Source: a virus
Direction: 5' to 3' (one strand)
Virus record (IMG/VR): IMGVR_UViG_3300038426_000075
Span: 1-64,000 of that record
DNA: 64,000 bases
Part shown: piece by piece, positions 18,305 through 27,902 of the stretch
Layout: each line of letters begins with the position of its first letter
Position numbering within the stretch: position 1 is the stretch's first letter
Program-made: the position numbers and the translations under genes
The notes under the pieces: model-generated
The model's input: the letters and a program-made list of their open reading frames with translations, nothing else
What the model was told of the DNA's origin: nothing
Databases searched by the model: none

Positions 18305-18577
18305 ATGAGAAAACCGAATTCGACTCAGAGAATATTTCAAGACAGGTTTATTGCGGAGGCAGAGCGGCGGCTGGGGATGGGTCGTTATCACCGAGGGTTT
18401 ATGACTGAGGTGACACGATCCCTCAAAATGAAGCAGGTCTCCGTGGTCCAGCGGTGGCTCGAAGGATGGATGCCACGGCTGCCCCATCTGTTAAAAATCT
18501 ACAGGGAGTGGGGAGTCACACCCAATAAATTGTTGGGGATTGAAGAGGAGTCACGATCCAGGCCAAAGCGGAAATGA
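18305..18577 (+). CDS. Second XRE HTH protein, paralogue of the repressor N-terminal domain
   Basis: VVQRWLEGWMP...LKIYREWGVTPNKLLGIEE vs TVQQWFDEEKETMP...LKIHDAFGITPNELLGIEE; SD before ATG 18305. Confidence 0.8.
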   Translation: MRKPNSTQRIFQDRFIAEAERRLGMGRYHRGFMTEVTRSLKMKQVSVVQRWLEGWMPRLPHLLKIYREWGVTPNKLLGIEEESRSRPKRK

Positions 18578-18601
18578 TTCGTTCCGCTCAAGGAGGTTTC
18601 T

Positions 18602-19048
18602 ATGAAAATTACAACCCTAAGTGCCTTTCTTATTGTCCTGCTTATTCTTCCTACCCCGATACTCGCTCAAAAAAATTACCTCATTATTGACGGGAAGAAA
18701 TACGAACTTGCTCCAGGACCAAGTTATTACGATGCCCATCCTGAAGAGAGAAACGCTACAACCCAACCCAACAAACCAATTGATGGCACTGGAACAAGAG
18801 AACAAGGGAATGAAGGAGGAAGCCATATCGATTACCCCTCGGCCCCTCCACCGCCACCCCCTTCATCTGCACCTCCTCCTCCATCTATGCGGATCGGCGT
18901 TCGTGGTGGAGTAATTGATGGCCAAACAGGGGATTTTTACCCACAAGTAAAAGGCGGTGTAGTTAATCCTCGAACCGGAGAATTTCTACCTGATGTTGAA
19001 AAAGGATATATTGATCTGGGAACAGGTGAATTCATCCCCAAGCGATAG
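18602..19048 (+). CDS. Exported Pro-rich protein carrying an ejection-protein peptide; candidate superinfection exclusion
   Basis: Signal peptide, PSYYDAHPEER motif, poly-Pro linker, three TG[DE]F.P repeats. Confidence 0.7.
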   Translation: MKITTLSAFLIVLLILPTPILAQKNYLIIDGKKYELAPGPSYYDAHPEERNATTQPNKPIDGTGTREQGNEGGSHIDYPSAPPPPPPSSAPPPPSMRIGVRGGVIDGQTGDFYPQVKGGVVNPRTGEFLPDVEKGYIDLGTGEFIPKR

Positions 19049-19051
19049 ATA

Positions 19052-20179
19052 ATGGCTTCAATCCAAAAATTCGCCAGGCTTGGCCACCGGATTTATTGGA
19101 GACTTTATCTTCCTGACGGCACATTTAAAGAAAAGTACAAAGCTTCCAGCTCCAAGACGGTCCTGCAGGAGATTCTTGCAGACATTATCAAGATCGAATC
19201 TCTTTCACGCCGGAGAGAACTATCGGGGCAGGATCTTGTCCGGGCCCTGAACATGGGGATCATCACTCGGGCCGAAATAGACTTCTTCAGACCTCACGTA
19301 GAACCCCTGGAACCACACTTTCTTGTGGAGTTGAGGCCGGAGTTCGAAAATCTCTCGAAAGCCCAATCAACAGCCCACCACACCCACATGGCCAACCTCT
19401 CCAAGGCAAACGTTATTGAGGAGTATTTCCGGGCCATTCCGATAAATGAGATCACGCCAGAGGCAATCGAAAGATTCAGGGTGGAACGGAAGCGAACGGT
19501 CACAAACACGACGGTCAACCACGACCTGAAGGTCCTCCGGAAGTATCTGGATATCGCCGTAAGCAAGAAATTGATCAAGAATAACTCGGCCAGAAAGACC
19601 ACACTTCTACGTGAACCAAAGGACAGAATTCCAAGGTGCTTCTACCCCGCTGAGTTAAAAACTTTCTTCCGGGGACTGAAAAGATTTAGACACCTCCTTT
19701 ATGGGGAGATGCCTTTTATTGTCCGTACCCTTATCTACACCGGCCTCAGAAGATCGGAACTTTGCAATCTGAAGCCCGAGAATATAAAGTTCCACCTTCG
19801 TCAGATCCATCTGATCGGCAAGGGCAGGAAGACCAGAATCGTAGGAATCCACCGATCACTTGTCAGGGAATTCAGAACCAGGATCAAAAAGGGTTACATC
19901 CTTCGACCCGGGATTGATCCGTCATCTATCAGCCATGCGTTTAAGAAAATGATTAGAGGTTTGGATCTTGCTGAAGCACTCACTCTGCATTCACTTCGTC
20001 ATACCTACATCTCTTATCTCCTTGAAAAAGGCGCCCCGACAAAGAAGGTCCAGGAGCACGCCGGCCACTTCAGCCTTGCCGTGACAGACCACTACACCCA
20101 TGCACTACCATCTGAGGTTGTGATTGAAGATATACTTGATTTTGAGGGTCCAAAAGTGGACAAAAGAGGCAAAAAATAG
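19052..20179 (+). CDS. int: Tyrosine integrase
   Basis: YTGLRRSEL, GKGRK, HSLRHTY, AGH, TDHY catalytic motifs. Confidence 0.95.
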   Translation: MASIQKFARLGHRIYWRLYLPDGTFKEKYKASSSKTVLQEILADIIKIESLSRRRELSGQDLVRALNMGIITRAEIDFFRPHVEPLEPHFLVELRPEFENLSKAQSTAHHTHMANLSKANVIEEYFRAIPINEITPEAIERFRVERKRTVTNTTVNHDLKVLRKYLDIAVSKKLIKNNSARKTTLLREPKDRIPRCFYPAELKTFFRGLKRFRHLLYGEMPFIVRTLIYTGLRRSELCNLKPENIKFHLRQIHLIGKGRKTRIVGIHRSLVREFRTRIKKGYILRPGIDPSSISHAFKKMIRGLDLAEALTLHSLRHTYISYLLEKGAPTKKVQEHAGHFSLAVTDHYTHALPSEVVIEDILDFEGPKVDKRGKK

Positions 20180-20203
20180 GGCTAAATAGGGTGAAAAAAT
20201 CGG

Positions 20204-20447
20204 TACTTTGGCGATACCAATTTTATAACAGTTCGATTTCATTAAATTGCCCCAGGCTTCCCAAGCCGAGGGTCGCGGGTTCGAACCCCGTTGCCCGCTC
20301 CACTAAAATCCCTAATAAAACCCACGAAATGGCCAATAATAAGATATCTTACGGATCAAACAACCCCAAGGATCATTTTCTATAATTTACTATTTTTTGG
20401 GTAAAAACTGGTTTTGGAGTGATTTCGTAGCGATACTTTGGCGATAC
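20204..20447 (+). repeat. Integrase arm-type direct repeats
   Basis: TACTTTGGCGATAC at 20204-20217 and 20434-20447; tandem GCGATAC at 20430 and 20441. Confidence 0.75.
20255..20302 (+). other. attP core: 3' half of tRNA-Gly(CCC)
   Basis: GGC-TTCCCAA-GCC anticodon arm, GGTTCGAACCC T arm, acceptor 3' strand ending CTCCA; 5' half absent. Confidence 0.9.
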
Positions 20448-20464
20448 TCATTCATAGGCTCTCC

Positions 20465-20860
20465 TTATTTTGTATCCGCCTTTGCCTTCCCATGCCCATT
20501 ACCAGCTTTAAGGTGTTCATCCATGGACCAAGTTAGTTTATTCACGTTTTCTTTAAGCAAATCAAGCTTTATATTCATCTCATCCCGTTTAATGGCGGTT
20601 TGGTTATCCATCACCTCTATCCTATTAAAAATTTTCTCGGTGCTTTTCGTTTGGGTTCCCCAAAGAAAGCCTACGACTGCCATAGACATTAAAATAAATA
20701 TTCCTATAATCTTCCACATTTGGGCAGAACTGGCCTTAGTTGTCTGTAATAGTTCCACCATGTCCCATTGTTTTTCATCACTCTTCTTTAAATTACCGAT
20801 TTCAGTTTGGATACCGGAACAAACGGTACAATCAAGCCTAATACGATCCTTCTCTGTCAT
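20465..20860 (-). CDS. Single-TM membrane protein (possible holin-like)
   Basis: Central TM with flanking coiled coils; last gene of late operon. Confidence 0.5.
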   Translation of the reverse strand: MTEKDRIRLDCTVCSGIQTEIGNLKKSDEKQWDMVELLQTTKASSAQMWKIIGIFILMSMAVVGFLWGTQTKSTEKIFNRIEVMDNQTAIKRDEMNIKLDLLKENVNKLTWSMDEHLKAGNGHGKAKADTK

Positions 20861-20891
20861 TGTCTCATCTCCTCTGTAAATAGCTCAGACC

Positions 20892-21155
20892 CTACAGACC
20901 CACCATTTTGAGAAAAGCTAAGGCCTTCTCAATTTTTTTATGGAAATGCGAAAGTTCTGTAATTGTTTCGACAGATCTCTTAAAAGATAACTTGGTGTTA
21001 ATTGTTTTAAAGGAATACTCCATGGCCGTAGAAGCCTCCCTTATGCTCGCTATACATTCATAAATCAGCCCGAGGGAACGATAGAACTTAAACGGGAAGG
21101 TGATTTTTAAATAAATTATTTTTAATGCTTTCCCAAGCCGTTTATGATTCATCAT
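20892..21155 (-). CDS. Hypothetical protein
   Basis: ORF coupled to upstream stop. Confidence 0.4.
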   Translation of the reverse strand: MMNHKRLGKALKIIYLKITFPFKFYRSLGLIYECIASIREASTAMEYSFKTINTKLSFKRSVETITELSHFHKKIEKALAFLKMVGL

Positions 21156-24100
21156 AGTCCCATGCCAGGAGGAAGATAGGATGGCGCCCCCTGCCCCGGA
21201 GGATGAACCCTCTTTTTGTCGTTTTCGCCCCTACCCATAAAGGCCGGAATAGCAAATGGAATGGCAGAATAAACCGGAGGAATTTGTACTTTTTCGGCAG
21301 CATATTTTCCCATGGCATCTGCCAAATTGCTTTGTGCCTTTTTTATGTCTTTAAAGAATCTATTATTCAAAGGAATGAGTTTCCCAAGTCTTTTGACAAT
21401 CCGGTCAATGATGTTTTTTGCAACGTTTACTACCTTCTTGAACAAAGAAGGCTCCCGATCATGTAAGATGTTCCAAAAATCCTTATTCATGAACTGCTGG
21501 CCAGAAAAATCAGCATAGAGTTCTTCTTTCACTTCTTCAGCACTTTCAAACCTCGGCATCCCAGATTGTTTCTTAGACAGATTTAAACCAACACGGTATA
21601 CGGAAAAATCTTGAATGAGATCGTCAGTCGCATCTATAAATTTTTTATAGAGAGTAGGCTGCTCACTTTTTAAGGTGTGTATAAGTTCATGTCCTATCAC
21701 AAAAAGATGGGGAGCACTAGATTTTATATGGAGATATATGGTGTCTGGTTCTTCGGGAATTACGATGCCATTAAAGGAGACTACTTCTTTTGTATCAAAG
21801 AAGACCACTTTTTTGCCGAAGGTCCGTCCAAGTTCACTAATAGCCTTCCCACTCTTAGGCACACGGACCTCGGCCAGGGCATCATCAGCCAGTTTTCTTC
21901 CGGTTGACGATTCAATTTCGGATTTGAGCTTTTTGATGGCTTCTGTAATCCCAATTTTTTTGATTTTTGACTCATCGAAGGCTCCTTTCATTTGCGATAT
22001 TTCTTTTGTCTCAAATTCCTTTTCATGGGCTTGAGCATATTTAATGGCATCGCCTTCAGTGTTTCTTGTCCCTGCCAATTCACCATCGGGTCGATAAATA
22101 TCAAATTTACCGGCAACTTCCTGAATTTTGTACCCTTCTGGGAGTTCTATCTTCGAGACATCTGAAAATGGAAATCTTCCCTTATTCTCTTCCCACCACT
22201 TGGCTGCCTTTTCTTCCGGCATTATAGCTTTATTAAAACGGATAGCTTGTGTGACCTCATCTCCGGTAGTCTTATCCTTACCCATAATATAAGAAACACC
22301 ATTCGTGCGGGATTTTCTGCGAAAATAGGAGACCCCTTTTATGTTGGTGCTTGGAAGAAGTCTGAATCTTCCCTCGTTTTCAGTTGAGTTGGGATCGAAG
22401 GTAAAAGGACGGGATTCGCCTTTTTTCCAGTTACCCGCTTTCTCCTCCACTGGTGCTGGCTCCAACTTCACGCCCGCAAATTTCTTGCTGGCCTCAAACT
22501 TGGCGGGGTCTTCCCGATATTCGTGCTCATCCTGGCTGGATAGCTTGTGAGCATCGGGATACTTCATTCCCTGGTTTATTATCCTGTCCCGCTCGGTCCC
22601 CTCGTGGACGATGATGGCGGTGCGCTCTTCGGGACTGATCTGGTCATCAACGGCAACGGTATTTTTAGGAAACCACTTATAGGCCCCATCATTACCGCCT
22701 TCTGTCCAGCTTGAATCGACTTTCCGAATCATGTCACCATCTACAAGCCAAACCTGTGTTTTATCCTTGCCGATTGTTCCTAAAAGCTGTTTTTTGGCAT
22801 CTTCAATAAGCTGTGGATTTAGTTTTTTATCTGATTTTTGGGGAGGGTTGTCTCTCGTTCGTTCCCGTTGCTCGATGGCATTCCCTTGTTTAAGAGCTTC
22901 ATCGTATGACTTCCCCTCAGACATCAATTGTCTTTGTTTGGTCGCATTGTCCAATAGATAACCATAGTCTGCGTTCTTAATCTCTTTATCGAGCCAAATC
23001 TCATTCTCTGGAATGTAGGGAGAATTTTGATGGTAGGAAAAATTGGTAAACTCCTCGTCAATATTTTTTCGGATAAGATCCCCATCAACAATAAAAGCTG
23101 TGACAGGGCCTTCTTTTTTGTATTCTTTGGCGTTTACTTGGGTGTGAAGATCGGCGGGGGATATCTCGGCCAGGGGTTCTTTTACGACGGGGGAAGTTTC
23201 GGATTCGGTGAGAGCTTTCTTAATTGCTTCAAGGTCTGGAGGTCCCTCTTCAGTCTCAATAGTTTTTTGAGCCTCTCCAAGTCTTCTGGTGATATTTTCT
23301 TCGGAGATTCCTTTTCCACGCTGTTCCTCCTTCCAACCCATTATCTCATTATCAACGCTTGCTGTCAAGGATTGAATAGCTTCTTTTTTGGATGTCCATA
23401 AATCCGCTTCCGCCCGATCTTGGATAATGGCATTGGCTGTCTGTTTTACTCTCTCAAAAATCTGCTGTTGGCGAAGTCCTAACTTTTCACCATTTAAGCC
23501 TTTATTGATCGCCTTTATGGTTTCTTCCTTTCCGGCAGATATCCCACCTAACATTTGTTGAATCTTCATTGAAGAACCATATCGTCCTTCACCTTCAGCA
23601 AGAACTCCTCCAGCCTCACCACTTTTAATGATACCTTGGAGTTCGCGAATCGTACCAGCTAGTTCTTCACCTAAAGGTTCAGCAAATGGCAACCTTGGAT
23701 ACGCCTTCTCCCTTTCAGCCTGAACCGCAGCCTTACCCGCTTCACCTAAAGGTGTCCCTTCAAGGGTAGGCGTAGCTCCCTCTTTGGCACCTTTCATCTC
23801 CAAACCTTGTTTGATGCCAGGGAGAGCAAATTGATCTTTAGCGGTCGGGGAGAGTGCGGGTTTCTCTATTGGAGCAATAGGTGCAGGTGCCCCCTCGATT
23901 TTCTCTGCTGGTACGAATTCCCCCGTCTTCTTCATTGTATATCCACTTATGGCCTTCTCGGGATCCAGCCCTTCGTCAGCGATAATTTGACCATGAACTG
24001 AATCCGTATAGACCTTTCCGTCCTGCATCACAGCTACCTTATCAATCTCTGGATACTCTTCTGGCATGAGCTCAAGGTGCTGAGCCGTCGGGGGAATTGC

Positions 24101-26224
24101 CTGAGTTGCAAGTGATTGCAAGTCGGGGTAGTCGGCTAAAACTTCGGGGGAGACGGGTTTGCCTTTTTCAACAGCATCCTGCACTTCATATTGATGGAGT
24201 GATCTTGCCGTTTTCTTATCAAGAGTACCTTCTGGGTTGCTAGGATCAATTGAGCGGTCAACAAATTCCTTTTTTGTCATCTCCCACGGTTGCTTTCCTA
24301 CCATATCTGCCAGATTGACAGTTTCTTCAAATCCCTTCTCTTTATGGTGTCTAAGTTCGTGATCAAGAGCCCTTTGGAAACCTTGTCTACTTAAATCCTT
24401 TCTTAGATAGATATTGCCCTCTGCATCATTTGTCGAACCTAATCCAGTCCCCTCAACACCTTTTGGGAGTTCAACTTCTTCAACCTTATAAACCTTATGG
24501 CCTTCTACCTCAAAATAGTCCGTAGATTGATTAGGAACCTGGGATTTAAAGCGATTAAATAGAGAATCATAATTAATAACCCCCTCCTCACTCACTGGCA
24601 TGCCCTCTTTTGAGACTTCTTGACCAGCAAGGGGTTCGGTAGCCTCCATAATCGGAAATTCTTCGGGTGGAAGTTTGGCCGCTTCCTCCATATCTTTACG
24701 GGCTATTTCAGTAATAATATTCTCTTTTGGCTTCGCAACCGTCGGCATTTGCTGCCCCATCCCCATCATCTGGGGGATTGGTTGAGGAATAGGGGCTTGA
24801 ATGGGTGGTGCTGTCGGTGTTGGCTGTGGAGGTAGAGCAATTGGACCGACTCCCATCGGCAGAATTGGCTGAGGTGCTTCAATCGGTGGTGCCTCTGGCC
24901 GTGGAGCGATAGATGATGCCGGCGGCATGGTGGTTCCGACAGGTTCTGGTGTCTCGGTCCCAATTCCAGGAGGTCTTACCGGTTCTGGTTCTCCCGTAAT
25001 AGGGTTAATTTTAAACTCTGTTCCAACGGGAGCTTTTAGCCGCAAGATCGTCTTGGGTTTGGGTTCCATTAGCTGAAAACCTTGGCCTGGAGGCAATGCC
25101 AATTGAGCTCCTGCCTTTATTTCTGTAGCCGGTTGAACTGCTGGAGTCCCGGGGGCAGGAATCGTCGAGCCGACAACTTCTGGAACTTCCGGCGCCATCC
25201 CAGGAGGAGTAATTTGTGGACTCTCTGCGGGCTTGCCTGCCTCTGCAAAGGGAGGATATTCCTCTCCTTTGTTCCTTCGTCTCAGAGCCTCTTCCCTCCA
25301 CGATGGATTGTTCCAACGCCTTAGAACATCGCCTTCGGAATATCCCTTGTTCATCATGTCCTCAAGAGACTGTGTAACAAGACCACGTTCCTTATTTGTA
25401 AGGCTTCTAAGCCAAGGACCTATTGGCGTTTTTAAAAATCTGGTTAATACCGCTGGTAGTACTTCCTCCGCAATGGTACCAGCCGCTCTCATAGCAGTTG
25501 GAAAAGCTGCCCATTCCGCAGCAGTCATTGTTTCTTTTGCCAAGGATTCATAGGGAGAAATCTTCTTTTTCCCAGTAACCAATTCTTTCTCGATCTCTTT
25601 CAATTTCTCTGGATCAGTTGTCGTCCCAGGGGGGAAAAAGTCTCCCTTTAATTCTGCTCGACCTTCCTCTCCTGCATATTTCCCAAAGGGAATCGTAAAT
25701 TTTGCCACTTCCAATGCTGTCGGCGGAATCGCAGCCAAATAGGGATGGCGAGCAGCAAAGGGAGAAGTGACAACTTTAGGTTCGACAACGGGAGGCACCT
25801 TTGGTGTCGGCTTTACTGGCTCATGCGAAGGAATGGGTTCCTCTTTCGGAAATCCCGACAAATCAACTCCTGCTTCCGCAGGTGTTTCACGTGCAACCAC
25901 AGCTGTCATTGGAGAAGGCTTCGGTCTCTCTATCGGCTTCATGAGGTTCGGGTTGATCAAACCGGGAGGGGTGATAGGTGACACTGTTCGTTCCGGGACA
26001 AGAGGGGTAGGGGACTTCTCAACGATCGGTTTAGGCAAGGCTTCCTGTACGGTAGGTTTTGCTACAATACTCTTTTGAGGAGCGAGGTATTCGATGACCT
26101 CCCGATAGGGGACTCCTGCCTTCACAGCATCATCAAGCCGATAGTTTCTAGTTGCGGCCAGATGCTTAGCTATCTCTTCTTCTGGTACTCCATCCTTAAG
26201 TGCCTGCTCATAATTATATGGCAT
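21152..26224 (-). CDS. Large polyvalent / internal virion (ejection) protein with zincin-like domains
   Basis: 1690 aa, Pro-rich linkers, HELRH and HELIH...EELYAD motifs, tandem VDGD repeat; last large gene after tail genes. Confidence 0.75.
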   Translation of the reverse strand: MPYNYEQALKDGVPEEEIAKHLAATRNYRLDDAVKAGVPYREVIEYLAPQKSIVAKPTVQEALPKPIVEKSPTPLVPERTVSPITPPGLINPNLMKPIERPKPSPMTAVVARETPAEAGVDLSGFPKEEPIPSHEPVKPTPKVPPVVEPKVVTSPFAARHPYLAAIPPTALEVAKFTIPFGKYAGEEGRAELKGDFFPPGTTTDPEKLKEIEKELVTGKKKISPYESLAKETMTAAEWAAFPTAMRAAGTIAEEVLPAVLTRFLKTPIGPWLRSLTNKERGLVTQSLEDMMNKGYSEGDVLRRWNNPSWREEALRRRNKGEEYPPFAEAGKPAESPQITPPGMAPEVPEVVGSTIPAPGTPAVQPATEIKAGAQLALPPGQGFQLMEPKPKTILRLKAPVGTEFKINPITGEPEPVRPPGIGTETPEPVGTTMPPASSIAPRPEAPPIEAPQPILPMGVGPIALPPQPTPTAPPIQAPIPQPIPQMMGMGQQMPTVAKPKENIITEIARKDMEEAAKLPPEEFPIMEATEPLAGQEVSKEGMPVSEEGVINYDSLFNRFKSQVPNQSTDYFEVEGHKVYKVEEVELPKGVEGTGLGSTNDAEGNIYLRKDLSRQGFQRALDHELRHHKEKGFEETVNLADMVGKQPWEMTKKEFVDRSIDPSNPEGTLDKKTARSLHQYEVQDAVEKGKPVSPEVLADYPDLQSLATQAIPPTAQHLELMPEEYPEIDKVAVMQDGKVYTDSVHGQIIADEGLDPEKAISGYTMKKTGEFVPAEKIEGAPAPIAPIEKPALSPTAKDQFALPGIKQGLEMKGAKEGATPTLEGTPLGEAGKAAVQAEREKAYPRLPFAEPLGEELAGTIRELQGIIKSGEAGGVLAEGEGRYGSSMKIQQMLGGISAGKEETIKAINKGLNGEKLGLRQQQIFERVKQTANAIIQDRAEADLWTSKKEAIQSLTASVDNEIMGWKEEQRGKGISEENITRRLGEAQKTIETEEGPPDLEAIKKALTESETSPVVKEPLAEISPADLHTQVNAKEYKKEGPVTAFIVDGDLIRKNIDEEFTNFSYHQNSPYIPENEIWLDKEIKNADYGYLLDNATKQRQLMSEGKSYDEALKQGNAIEQRERTRDNPPQKSDKKLNPQLIEDAKKQLLGTIGKDKTQVWLVDGDMIRKVDSSWTEGGNDGAYKWFPKNTVAVDDQISPEERTAIIVHEGTERDRIINQGMKYPDAHKLSSQDEHEYREDPAKFEASKKFAGVKLEPAPVEEKAGNWKKGESRPFTFDPNSTENEGRFRLLPSTNIKGVSYFRRKSRTNGVSYIMGKDKTTGDEVTQAIRFNKAIMPEEKAAKWWEENKGRFPFSDVSKIELPEGYKIQEVAGKFDIYRPDGELAGTRNTEGDAIKYAQAHEKEFETKEISQMKGAFDESKIKKIGITEAIKKLKSEIESSTGRKLADDALAEVRVPKSGKAISELGRTFGKKVVFFDTKEVVSFNGIVIPEEPDTIYLHIKSSAPHLFVIGHELIHTLKSEQPTLYKKFIDATDDLIQDFSVYRVGLNLSKKQSGMPRFESAEEVKEELYADFSGQQFMNKDFWNILHDREPSLFKKVVNVAKNIIDRIVKRLGKLIPLNNRFFKDIKKAQSNLADAMGKYAAEKVQIPPVYSAIPFAIPAFMGRGENDKKRVHPPGQGAPSYLPPGMGL

Positions 26225-26226
26225 GT

Positions 26227-27900
26227 CTACTCACTTTCATAGCGGGAATGGTCAACAGGAACTCTTGTTGCTGCTGGTTTTTCTACCCTACCCGCAAATC
26301 CCAGTGGTGCAAGAACTTCTGGTTTCGTTCCAATCTCGGCAATTTTTCTTATTGGTCCCCCAACTTTCTTAGCGGCCCAACCATAAGTGTTCAGGAATTC
26401 CCCCACTGCTCTCGGAGAACTTGCCAAAAGAATAGGCCAAAATTTAGGATTTATGAATTTTAAAAGAGCCGCTCCACCACCTGCTGCGAGCACCTTTCCC
26501 ATTGATCCCCTTGGAATCCATTGTTTTCCCACATACCCAGCAACCTCAGCAGGGATATCAACCCCGGATTTATTCCCTAAAATCTGCATAAGATCTTTTC
26601 TCATCTCAAAGTTTTCTCTCAACGCTGAAGAGAGTCTCCGAAGAGTGTTATCAGCGGTTATTCTACCTATGGGGAAGGTCGCACCTTCTTTTTTTAACAT
26701 CAGGTTACTTTCTATATCTTTTATGAGATTGGTCGCTTCGGCGTATCCCTTTGTCATCTTTTCATATTCAGGTATTGCACCTTTGAGACCTTTGCTAAGA
26801 TTGTTCTCAAGTCGGGTTAAAAATACCTCCGCAGGACTTTGTTTTTCCACCTGATCTATGTATTTGCTCAATCTCTTTTTTAAATTATCGAGTCCCAATA
26901 CCGTATTATCTTCCCAGTTCGTAACGTCTTCAATTGCCCTTTGGACTACATCCCGGTTCTTAACAAGAGGGCTTTGACTAAAATCCAGCTTAGTCCTGGC
27001 GTGCGTGCCCTTCCATTGCATAGAGGTTCCTATCTGAAATTCATCTGGTCCCATTAGTTTAGCCAGCTCTTGGTCCAAACTGCTTCTTACCTGAGTAAAT
27101 GCTCCGGGGGTAGCCCTCACTTTCGCCAATTCAGTAGTGTAAGCACTTCCACGCTGATCCCTGAGACTTTGCAGAGCGTCTTTAGCGTGATCAACAACTT
27201 CTTCTCCCGTAAGCTTTCCCCTCATCGCCTTGGTAAATGCTTCACTCCCTTTAGCCGCTTCCTCAATAAATCCTGGCCCTCCTCCTGTAAGAGCTCCGAC
27301 AGCTTCCTTTGTGGCTTTTCCAACGGCACCCACTATTGGTTTCGCAACCTTCAGGGGTAGGGTTAACGGATCCGTAACCGTTGCCGCAGTCTCCAATACC
27401 TTAGCCGTTCTACCTAACCCAGCAAGTTTTGCACCTTTTCCAGCCAACCCAAGCCCCCCAGATGCAAGTAGAGCAGCATCCACTGGTTTCTCATAAAGGT
27501 AATCAAATGCCATCCCTGGTATTTTGAGAGGGCTTTGATAGGCTTTGACAATGGGTTTTGAAACTTTCTCAAATGCCGCTTGCGCTTCTGGCGTGGCTGG
27601 TTCACCTGTGACCTTTTCCAATCCTCCTCTTATTATCTGGCCCGCCGCCTCTCCTACATTTTCAGCCGTTCGAAATGGGTGAGTAACGGCCGTAACGAGT
27701 CCCTTAGCGACATCAGCCACATTGGTTCCGACATTGCTTACAAACCCGCCAATGGATTTCCCGGGCGGCGCAGGCGGTCTCGGTCCAGTAGTTTTTGTCT
27801 GTTCGATTTGATTAATTAAGGCAGAATCAGTAACCGCTTGCCCTTTATTTGCCTCTAATTGTTTAATAAGTTCAGGATCAGTAACCGCACCATTTGCCAT
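26227..27900 (-). CDS. Putative DNA ejection/transfer protein
   Basis: Ala/Gly-rich helical protein, AVTD..LI N-terminal repeat, C-terminal SSPR.VGE; position in podoviral ejection block. Confidence 0.7.
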   Translation of the reverse strand: MANGAVTDPELIKQLEANKGQAVTDSALINQIEQTKTTGPRPPAPPGKSIGGFVSNVGTNVADVAKGLVTAVTHPFRTAENVGEAAGQIIRGGLEKVTGEPATPEAQAAFEKVSKPIVKAYQSPLKIPGMAFDYLYEKPVDAALLASGGLGLAGKGAKLAGLGRTAKVLETAATVTDPLTLPLKVAKPIVGAVGKATKEAVGALTGGGPGFIEEAAKGSEAFTKAMRGKLTGEEVVDHAKDALQSLRDQRGSAYTTELAKVRATPGAFTQVRSSLDQELAKLMGPDEFQIGTSMQWKGTHARTKLDFSQSPLVKNRDVVQRAIEDVTNWEDNTVLGLDNLKKRLSKYIDQVEKQSPAEVFLTRLENNLSKGLKGAIPEYEKMTKGYAEATNLIKDIESNLMLKKEGATFPIGRITADNTLRRLSSALRENFEMRKDLMQILGNKSGVDIPAEVAGYVGKQWIPRGSMGKVLAAGGGAALLKFINPKFWPILLASSPRAVGEFLNTYGWAAKKVGGPIRKIAEIGTKPEVLAPLGFAGRVEKPAATRVPVDHSRYESE

Positions 27901-27902
27901 GG

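Noticed and set aside
20230-20302. Complete tRNA-Gly gene
   Set aside because: No 5' acceptor strand or D arm; only the 3' half is present, consistent with attP
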